The notes below the pieces were generated by a model, which worked only from the letters and a program-made list of their open reading frames with translations, was not told the origin of the DNA and did not search any database. A stretch of DNA of 43,227 nt, taken from Desulfobaccales bacterium (GTDB lineage: Bacteria; Desulfobacterota; Desulfobaccia; Desulfobaccales; 0-14-0-80-60-11). Positions 36,279 to 43,227 of the stretch are shown piece after piece. Where the stretch lies: the NCBI GenBank assembly GCA_044451265.1, contig JBIOJX010000003.1, positions 1 to 43,227 on the forward strand, in the 5' to 3' direction. The position numbers and the translations under genes are program-made. The first letter of the stretch is position 1. Every line of letters starts with the position of its first letter.

Positions 36279-36313
36279 TGGTGACTCTAAGCCTAAATCA
36301 GTTAAAGTATTTG

Positions 36314-36755
36314 CCCCCCTTTCTAAAGGGGGGTATGGGGGGATTTTGCTTTTACATCGGGGTCAGGATAAATACTCAAATAAATGCTCTAAAACTCCGT
36401 CAATATTCGTTAGTATTTCATTATCTGAAAATCTTACCACTTTGAAACCAAGATTATTTAAATAACTATCTCTGATTTTATCTTTGATGATTCCTCTGTC
36501 TGAATAATGTTGGCCACCGTCAATTTCAATTATCAACTGTCCCGAAGGGCAGTAAAAATCAACTATATAATTACCTAAGTTTTTCTGGCGGTAGAATTGA
36601 TGGCCATTCAATTGTTTCTTTCTAACTTTCATCCAGAAAAGCCTTTCGGCGTCAGTCATATTCTTTCTAAGCGCCCTTGCTGTCCCCTTTAGTTTTCTAT
36701 TGAAGGGAAGCACAGGATTAAAATCCCCCCTATCCCCCCTTTAGAAAAGGGGGGG
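36314..36755. mobile_element. DUF559 cassette bounded by near-perfect inverted repeats
   Basis: Left CCCCCCTTTCTAAAGGGGGGTATGGGGGGATTTT (36314-36347); right AAAATCCCCCCTATCCCCCCTTTAGAAAAGGGGGGG (36720-36755); AT-rich interior. Confidence 0.65.
36363..36713 (-). CDS. DUF559 / Vsr-like endonuclease domain protein
   Basis: ARALRKNMTDAERLFW..R..QL.G.QFYRQ..GNYIVDFYC...LIIEIDGGQH...D..RD..L...GFKVVRF. Confidence 0.92.
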   Translation of the reverse strand: MLPFNRKLKGTARALRKNMTDAERLFWMKVRKKQLNGHQFYRQKNLGNYIVDFYCPSGQLIIEIDGGQHYSDRGIIKDKIRDSYLNNLGFKVVRFSDNEILTNIDGVLEHLFEYLS

Positions 36756-36825
36756 AATAAAGCAAGTTACTCTTAGCAAATATTAAATGGCCAAACTCTA
36801 TGGGCTGCGAAACTAAGAGATTTCT

Positions 36826-37881
36826 CTATTCCGACAGTAATATCTTCTCCCCCGCCTGCAGCCCTGCCAGGATTTCCACCTGGTCGCCGATTTGCCACCC
36901 CGGCTTCACCTGGCGCCACGAGGCCTGGCCGTCCACCAGCACCTTGACCATGGTGAGCTGGCCGACCTGGTGCACCGCGTCTTGGGGGATCAGCAGGCCT
37001 GGGGCGCTCCCCAAGGGCAGGGATAGGCGGGCGAACATCCCCGGCATCAGCTTCTGGTCCTTGATCACGGCAGTGCGCACCTTGAAGGTGCGGCTGGGGC
37101 CCAGGCTGATGGGAAAGATTTCGGCCAGGGCCAGGTCCGCCTGCCAGTTCAGGGCGGGCACGACAACTTTGGCCTTCTCCCCCACCTGCACCCGGTCCCG
37201 ATAGCTGTCGTTGACTTCCCCTTCCACCTGCAGGAGGTCGGGATTATAGAGAGACAGCAGGGGACGCCCCGGCTGGGCCAGGTCGCCCACCGCCACCTGG
37301 CGGGACGCCACCACCCCGGAATCGGACGCCCGGACGACGGTATAGCCCTGCAGGGTGGCGGCTTCCTGGGATTGGGCCTGGGCCGCGCTCAGGGCGGCCT
37401 GGGCCGACTTGAAGCGCTCCTGCACGGCCTCGAACTCCCGGGGACTGGCAGCGCCTTCCTTGAGCAGATACTGAAAACGCTTATAGTCGGCGCTCACCTG
37501 AACCAACTGCGCCTGGGCCTGGGCCACGCCGGCCCGGGTCTGGTTCACCCGGGCCTGATATTCCTCCCCGGACAGGGTGACCAGGGGGTCCCCCGGCTGC
37601 ACCCGGGAGCCGGCCTCCACCCAAATCCGGCTCACCCGGCCGGGCACCTGGGCCGAGACCTGGGCCAGACTCTTGGAGACGACCTCTCCCAGGACTTCCA
37701 GCTCCCGGGGAATCGGGGTTTCGCTGATGACCAGGACCCGGCCTGCCGGCGCGGCCGACGGCGGGACCGCCAGCCCCGGGGCGATCTTGCCGAAGTGCAG
37801 CAGTCCCGCCAGCCAGGCCATGAAGAGCAGGGCCACGACCACCAGGGCGCTTAGGCCGAGGATTTTCTTGGGCGCTACCAT
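36826..37881 (-). CDS. RND periplasmic adaptor (membrane fusion protein)
   Basis: N-terminal TM, lipoyl-like VSAQVPGRV..VEAGSRVQPGDPL, helical hairpin, SRTFKVR, LMPGMFAR, GLQAGE. Confidence 0.93.
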   Translation of the reverse strand: MVAPKKILGLSALVVVALLFMAWLAGLLHFGKIAPGLAVPPSAAPAGRVLVISETPIPRELEVLGEVVSKSLAQVSAQVPGRVSRIWVEAGSRVQPGDPLVTLSGEEYQARVNQTRAGVAQAQAQLVQVSADYKRFQYLLKEGAASPREFEAVQERFKSAQAALSAAQAQSQEAATLQGYTVVRASDSGVVASRQVAVGDLAQPGRPLLSLYNPDLLQVEGEVNDSYRDRVQVGEKAKVVVPALNWQADLALAEIFPISLGPSRTFKVRTAVIKDQKLMPGMFARLSLPLGSAPGLLIPQDAVHQVGQLTMVKVLVDGQASWRQVKPGWQIGDQVEILAGLQAGEKILLSE

Positions 37882-37911
37882 ATGATTTCTTTTCTCTAAA
37901 ATTGCCCCTTG

Positions 37912-37936
37912 AGGGCGGTTCGAGAACCGCCCCTAC
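37912..37936 (-). repeat. GTAG-type REP overlapping the TolC stop codon
   Basis: Minus strand GTAGGGGCGGTTCTCGAACCGCCCT; degenerate copy AGGGGCGGTTCTCGCACCACCC at 43161-43182. Confidence 0.7.
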
Positions 37937-39348
37937 TTTTTCTCCGACTCTGCCGCGGGGCCGGAGATGGTCCCCAGGGCCAGTTCCAGACCCGCCTGGG
38001 CCAGATGCGTGTCCAGCAAGGCCCCCACCTGACTCAGTTCAGCGTTTTTCAAGGCGTCTTCGGCGGTGAGCAGATCCACCAAAATGGTGAGCCCGGTTTC
38101 ATACCGGAGACGGATCAGGCGCAGGCCTTCCCGGGCCTGGGCCACCGCGCCCTGGGCCACCTGCAGGCGCTCCCGGGCCGTTTTTAGATTAAGGATCGTC
38201 TCCGTCACCTGGTGCCGGACCCGGTCTTCCATTGCCTGCTTCAGGTCCCGAGCCTGGGCCTCTTGGGCCCGGCTCTCCTTGACCTTCGCCAGGTCAGCCA
38301 GGCCGTTGAACAGGTTGAAATTCAGCAGGGCCATCACCGTGTAACTGTCGCCGTTGGGGCCGAACAGGCGGCGCTGGTCCACGTCGTATTCGGCCACCAC
38401 GTGCAGCCGGGGCAAGTAGTTGAGCCGGGCCTTGGTAACTTCCTCCTGGGCCGAACGGGCCGCCAGCGACAGCCTCTTGAGGTCCGGGCGCTTTTCTTGA
38501 GCGATTTGTTGCAGGTCCGCCAATTCCTGGGGCAGCGCGGCAGGCTCCCGGGGCGCGGCAGCCAGGGGGCGGGAGCCGGCTTCCGGCTGGCCCAGCACCG
38601 TGCTCAGGGCGCTCCGGGCGATCTCCACCTGGCTGGCTGCGGTCATCTGCTCCTGGGTAATTTTGGCCAGATGCACCCGGGCGGACAAGACGTCAGCCTG
38701 CACCACGGCCCCGGAGCGAAAACGGCCTTCGGCAATCCTCACATGCTCCGCCGCAGTCGCCTGAGCTTGCTTGACGACCGCCAGATCTTCCTGGGCCAGT
38801 TGTAGGCCGTAATAGGCCTGGGCCACCTGGAACAGCAGTTGTTGCCGGGCGCTCAGGACAATGGCGCCGGCCATTTCCCGGCCCAGTTGCGCCTGCTTAT
38901 AACCCAGATAGGCTTCCCCGGCCTGAAACAGAGGTTGGCTCATGGTCAGACCGGTGCGGAAATTACCGAAAGGCTTGGGAAAATTTAGATTGTTTAAGAT
39001 AAAGTCCTGCTGGGTAAAGACCCGCTGGTTCAACTTATCCATGAAGACCTGGGTGGGGCTGTCGGAAAAGTTGTAGGTCTCACCGAAATTTACCTTCGGG
39101 AGAAAATGGGCCCGGGCCTTGGCCAGATCAGCTTCCGCCGTCTCCACGGTCAGGCCGGCGGCCTTCAGGCCCGGGTTATGCTTCAGGGCCAAAAGCATGG
39201 CCTCGTCCAGGGTCAAAGGCTGGCCGGCCGCCGGGGTTGAACCTGGCAATCCCAAACAGAGTATTACCGTCAAAATTGCCACTAACACCCTCAGGCTCCT
39301 TGCCGCTGATCTTGCGGATATTATAGTTACCCTCCCTGGCAGAGACAA
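37933..39348 (-). CDS. TolC family outer-membrane efflux protein
   Basis: LTLDEAMLLALKHNP, VAQAYY, RPDLK, YLPRL, RYETG..VDLLTAE; start codon uncertain. Confidence 0.92.
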   Translation of the reverse strand: MSLPGRVTIISARSAARSLRVLVAILTVILCLGLPGSTPAAGQPLTLDEAMLLALKHNPGLKAAGLTVETAEADLAKARAHFLPKVNFGETYNFSDSPTQVFMDKLNQRVFTQQDFILNNLNFPKPFGNFRTGLTMSQPLFQAGEAYLGYKQAQLGREMAGAIVLSARQQLLFQVAQAYYGLQLAQEDLAVVKQAQATAAEHVRIAEGRFRSGAVVQADVLSARVHLAKITQEQMTAASQVEIARSALSTVLGQPEAGSRPLAAAPREPAALPQELADLQQIAQEKRPDLKRLSLAARSAQEEVTKARLNYLPRLHVVAEYDVDQRRLFGPNGDSYTVMALLNFNLFNGLADLAKVKESRAQEAQARDLKQAMEDRVRHQVTETILNLKTARERLQVAQGAVAQAREGLRLIRLRYETGLTILVDLLTAEDALKNAELSQVGALLDTHLAQAGLELALGTISGPAAESEKK

Positions 39349-39583
39349 TTACTTTTAAAGGTGAAATGAAATATGGCCCGAAACTTCGGCCAGCCGGGAC
39401 GACGGAGCAGCTTGCCGCCAGCTAATTAAAGTTAGCAAAATAAGCTAGTTATTCGAGCTAAACTGCGGAAAATTTCCAGAGGCCGGCCAAGGATTGCTCC
39501 AACGGGGCGTAGGCCTGAACGCAGCAGAGGCGGTTTCAAATCCGCCCCTTAAAGCAGAACTGCCTGAAGGCCGCTCTTTTAAT

Positions 39584-39994
39584 CTAGGGTGTGGCCACGG
39601 TCCTGGACCTCTTTTCGCGCTCCACCTTCTTCTCATAGGCCGCGTCGATCTTGAGCAGCAGGTCTTCCAGGGGGCAGGGTTTTAGCAGGTAATCGTAGCC
39701 GCCCAGTCGGTTGATTTCCATGGCGGCGTGGATGGAGGCGTGGCCGGTGAGCATGATCACTTCGAGGCCGGGGGCGAGCTGTTTCAGCCGGGCCAGGGTC
39801 TCCAAGCCATCCATGCCGGGCATGCGGATATCCACCAGCGCCACGTCGTAGGGCTGGAGTTGCAGCAGTTCCAGGGCCTCCCGCCCGCCGGCGGCCGCGC
39901 TCACCTCCAACCCCTGGAGTGTCAGCATCTTGGCCAGGTTGGTGCGAAATCTGTCCTCATCGTCCACCAATAAGATGCGGGGGCCTTTATTCAT
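39584..39994 (-). CDS. Single-domain response regulator
   Basis: ILLVDDE, VDIRMPGMDG, MLTGH, YLLKP; no output domain. Confidence 0.92.
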   Translation of the reverse strand: MNKGPRILLVDDEDRFRTNLAKMLTLQGLEVSAAAGGREALELLQLQPYDVALVDIRMPGMDGLETLARLKQLAPGLEVIMLTGHASIHAAMEINRLGGYDYLLKPCPLEDLLLKIDAAYEKKVEREKRSRTVATP

Positions 39995-40761
39995 GGCTCG
40001 CTATTTCCCCTTAGAGGTTGCTGAGGCAGGGTGATGATGAAGCTGGTGCCTTGGCCGACCGCGCTCCTGACTCGGATGCTGCCGCCCAGTTGCTGGATCA
40101 AGCCGTGGCTGATGGACAGCCCCAACCCGGTGCCCTGGCCCGGCGGCTTGGTGGAAAAAAACGGCTCAAAGATTTTCTCCAGATTCTCTTCCGGAATGCC
40201 GCAGCCGGTATCTTCAATGACCAACTCCACGGCGTTCACTCCGACCCGCCGCGTAACGATGGTAATGGTGCCGTTTTTGCCGATGGCCTGGGCGGCATTG
40301 GAGAGAAGATTCAACGCCACCTGGCGCAACTCCGGGGCGTCACTGTAAATCAGGGGCAATTCCGGATCATAGCGCCGCTCGATGGCGATATGGTTATTCA
40401 TGGCCTCCTTTTCCACCAGTAGGGTCATATCTTCCACGACGCGATTGAGGTCTACGGCCTGGACCACCGGCTCCCTTCTCCGGGCGAAGTCCAGGAGATT
40501 GCGGATGATCTCGGCGCAGCGGTCTACCTGCTGGATGATCATGCGCACCGACCCCTGCATTTCTCCCAGGTCGCGCTCCTTGGGCGGCTCTTCCTTTTTC
40601 AGGATCAGGCCCATGATCTCGGCCTCCTGGCGGATGATGGCCAGGGGATTGTTGATTTCATGGGCAATGCTGGCGGACAACTCTCCCAGGGCCGCCAGCT
40701 TCTGGGATTGGAGCAGGCGGTCTTTCATGAACCACTTTCTGGAGGTATCCGCCCCGGCCAT
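39991..40761 (-). CDS. Cytoplasmic histidine kinase core (HisKA + HATPase) with no sensor domain
   Basis: [50 protein letters not shown]; ATG 40761 has a GGAG RBS (the track's 40923 start overlaps the upstream gene). Confidence 0.88.
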   Translation of the reverse strand: MAGADTSRKWFMKDRLLQSQKLAALGELSASIAHEINNPLAIIRQEAEIMGLILKKEEPPKERDLGEMQGSVRMIIQQVDRCAEIIRNLLDFARRREPVVQAVDLNRVVEDMTLLVEKEAMNNHIAIERRYDPELPLIYSDAPELRQVALNLLSNAAQAIGKNGTITIVTRRVGVNAVELVIEDTGCGIPEENLEKIFEPFFSTKPPGQGTGLGLSISHGLIQQLGGSIRVRSAVGQGTSFIITLPQQPLRGNSEP

Positions 40762-40858
40762 GTGGACTCCGTCCCCGGGCCGCGGCGAGGCCTGCACCGG
40801 TCCTGGGAAAATGAACCAATGGTGAAGAAGGTTAAGTTGGGCTACGCCACCCGCCCAT

Positions 40859-41248
40859 TCAGGCCTGACCTTCCTGAAGCAGCTTTCTTTCGTAAGCCTG
40901 CCGCACCTTTTCCAGCAGTTCATCCAGGGCCACCGGCTTCATGACGTAATCGAAGGCCCCCAACTGCATGCCCTGGATGCCCGATTCCACCGAGGCGTGG
41001 CCGGTGAGCATGATGACTTCCGTCAGGGGTTTCTTCTTCTTGATTTCACGTAAGGTCTCGATGCCGTCCATCCCCGGCATCTTGACGTCCAAGATAATGA
41101 CGTCGGGGTTGGCGGCGTCCAGGGCCTCCAGGGCCTGATAACCGCTTTCCACCCCGGCCACGTCGATGCCCCGGGTCTTGAGCCGCTTGACGATGGTCTC
41201 CAGAAAATCGACTTCGTCATCCACTATCATTACCTTGAACTTGTCCAT
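40859..41248 (-). CDS. Single-domain response regulator
   Basis: MIVDDE, LDVKMPGMDG, MLTGH, YVMKP. Confidence 0.93.
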   Translation of the reverse strand: MDKFKVMIVDDEVDFLETIVKRLKTRGIDVAGVESGYQALEALDAANPDVIILDVKMPGMDGIETLREIKKKKPLTEVIMLTGHASVESGIQGMQLGAFDYVMKPVALDELLEKVRQAYERKLLQEGQA

Positions 41249-41266
41249 ATTGTCCCCTTCCCGTCT

Positions 41267-42922
41267 CTAGGTAACGGGCAAATAGATAGTAAAGGTGGTG
41301 CCGTGACCTTCCCCGCTGGCCACCATGATGCGGCCGCCCAGTTTTTCCACGATGCTGTAAGAAATGGACAGGCCCAGGCCGGTGCCCTTGCCCACCTCTT
41401 TGGTGGTGAAAAATGGATCAAAGATTTTGTTCAGCGCCTCTTTGGGGATGCCGGGGCCGTTATCGTTAATCTCGATGGAAATGGTATTAATCTTGCTGAT
41501 CAGTTTGGTGCGGATCATGATCTCGCCGTCCTTGCCGATGGCGTCAATGCCGTTGTTGAGGATATTGAGGAAGACCTGCTGCAATTGCGCCTGGTCGCTG
41601 GTAATTAGGGGAAGCTCGGCGGCATAATCGACCTGGATGTCGATGTTGCGGTAACGGGCTTCATTTTCCAGGAAGGAGACACTCTCATCCAGGACGGTAT
41701 TGATATTGACCCGCTCCGTCACCGGCTCCATCCGCCGGGCGAAACCCAAGAGCCGGTGGGTTATGGTCTTGGCTCGGTTGATGTGCTGCTCAATCTTATT
41801 CACTGCGTCGGCATATTCTTGAAAATTCTCACTCCCGGAGATATCTTCCATCTTCAACAGGTCTTTGATCCAGCCGGCCTTTTCCCCGATCACCGCCAGC
41901 GGGTTGTTGATTTCATGAGCGATGCCCGCCGCCATTTTCCCCAGGGCCGCCATCTTGCTGGACTGCAGCAGCATCTCATCACTGGCCGCCTTCTTCCGTT
42001 CCATGGCCAGCAGCTCTTTCATCATCGACCGGGTGGTTATCACTGCCCCGAGGATAATGAGCAAAACGCCGCCCAGCCCGATCAGGGCCGCGATGAACCG
42101 GGCCCGGAGCAGCGGGGTCAACTGCTCCGTGGGGTCTTCCTTGATCACCAGAACCCATTTTCTGGGCTTGATGAGGCCGGTGGCATAAAGGAAATCTTCC
42201 CCATCGCTGGTCATCTCCTCCACCAGGGTGCCGGTGGTGGCGGCGAAATCCGGGGTATTGGGCTTCCCCAGCAATTCGCCGCTGAACCGGGGGCTGGTCT
42301 GCAAGACATTGTTTTTGTTGATGATGAAGGCGTCGCCTCTTTTGCCAATCCATCCGGCCCGCACAATGTTGTCGATGATATCCGAGTCGAGGGTGGCCCG
42401 CAGGATCCAGCTCTGGTCCTTTTCCCTAACCAGGACGGCAATAATGAAATGAGGCAGCTTACGAAATCCCATGAAGACGTCGCTGACATAGACGCCGGTG
42501 GACATCACCGCATGGAACCAATCTTCGTTTTTAAAGTTCACCGCCTTCAGAATGTTGTGGTACGGACCCACATAAGCCAGATGGTTGCCTTCCTGATCGA
42601 TGACCCCCAGGTCCAGATAAGACTTGGAACGGGCCTGGATGATGTTGAAGACCCGATGCAGATAGTCTTCATTTTTCAACATTTCCAGGGATTGGGTGTT
42701 GGCCAGGCCGGTGAGTTGGGAGATGCGCTCCTCGAAGAACAGGTCGAGGGAGGCGGCGCGGTTTTCCGCCAAGGTCTTCATGTTTTCCATGATCTTGGCG
42801 GTGTAGGAGGAGCTGAACTGCTGATAAATGACAAACCCCAAGATGAGCAGGGGAATCACGGAAAAGCCCAGGGTGGTCAGGATGATGTTCCACCACAGTT
42901 TGTGGTATTGTCGCTCTTCCAT
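41267..42922 (-). CDS. Membrane sensor histidine kinase with periplasmic dCache-like domain
   Basis: Two TMs flanking AYVGPY...WF...[10 protein letters not shown]; [34 protein letters not shown]. Confidence 0.93.
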   Translation of the reverse strand: MEERQYHKLWWNIILTTLGFSVIPLLILGFVIYQQFSSSYTAKIMENMKTLAENRAASLDLFFEERISQLTGLANTQSLEMLKNEDYLHRVFNIIQARSKSYLDLGVIDQEGNHLAYVGPYHNILKAVNFKNEDWFHAVMSTGVYVSDVFMGFRKLPHFIIAVLVREKDQSWILRATLDSDIIDNIVRAGWIGKRGDAFIINKNNVLQTSPRFSGELLGKPNTPDFAATTGTLVEEMTSDGEDFLYATGLIKPRKWVLVIKEDPTEQLTPLLRARFIAALIGLGGVLLIILGAVITTRSMMKELLAMERKKAASDEMLLQSSKMAALGKMAAGIAHEINNPLAVIGEKAGWIKDLLKMEDISGSENFQEYADAVNKIEQHINRAKTITHRLLGFARRMEPVTERVNINTVLDESVSFLENEARYRNIDIQVDYAAELPLITSDQAQLQQVFLNILNNGIDAIGKDGEIMIRTKLISKINTISIEINDNGPGIPKEALNKIFDPFFTTKEVGKGTGLGLSISYSIVEKLGGRIMVASGEGHGTTFTIYLPVT

Positions 42923-43227
42923 GGCTTCTCACCCGGACGGAGTCAGTTAGTCGCAATCGGCACTCTTCACAAGCATCATAAGCAATGGTCGTTCCAAGGC
43001 AGGCCGAACCGCCTAACCATTTGGATTAACGACCTAAATTTGCAGGAAAATTTTTCCATAACCGGATAGGTTCTGTCAATATTTTTTACAGATTGTAAAG
43101 CAAGGGGCACTCCCGGTGGTCTTTCTGGTATAATTAAAAGCGGTTGCCTTGGTCAGTTCCAGGGGCGGTTCTCGCACCACCCGACAATTGGCCGCTGACA
43201 GCCAGATTCTCCTTGAATCTCCATAGC

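Noticed and set aside
41756-43069. Long antisense ORFs (this 437-aa one; also 23894-24844, 25615-26424, 26766-27563 and similar)
   Set aside because: Shadow frames opposite well-supported genes, expected in high-GC DNA.

Overview
43-kb window from a GC-rich bacterium, by inference an anaerobic Desulfobacterota/Deltaproteobacteria-type genome (flavodiiron protein, NtrC-family-like receivers, small Cys-rich Rho-N/SAP-like protein, sigma54-like promoter). The backbone carries a lipase fragment, a degenerate REC-PAS-HisKA_3 hybrid, a porin, SulP, a MerA-like flavoprotein, SGNH hydrolase plus two methyltransferases, a frameshifted POT-type MFS, tRNA-Lys(CTT), a MenA-like protein, birA, a type II DnaJ, fprA, a TolC-MFP-RND operon and a four-gene two-component cluster. 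Most notable: (1) an AT-rich islet (about 27975-32240) with a tightly linked trio of a Trypco2-like small protein, a divergent homoserine-kinase-like GHMP kinase and a large STAND-like P-loop ATPase, a candidate undescribed defence/conflict system; (2) an orphan ParA coupled to an HMA2-domain protein with a basic disordered N-terminus and three DUF5132-like membrane paralogs, a candidate organelle-positioning module resembling ferrosome accessory genes; (3) a DUF559 nuclease gene bracketed by 34-36 bp inverted repeats inside the RND operon; (4) a SEC-C/nuclease-like, GIY-YIG, BrnTA islet; (5) a GEMM-like structured leader with terminator; (6) att-like repeats at the tRNA 3' end; (7) many nested REP-like and heptamer repeats. 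All family calls come from motif recognition by eye. No database search was run.
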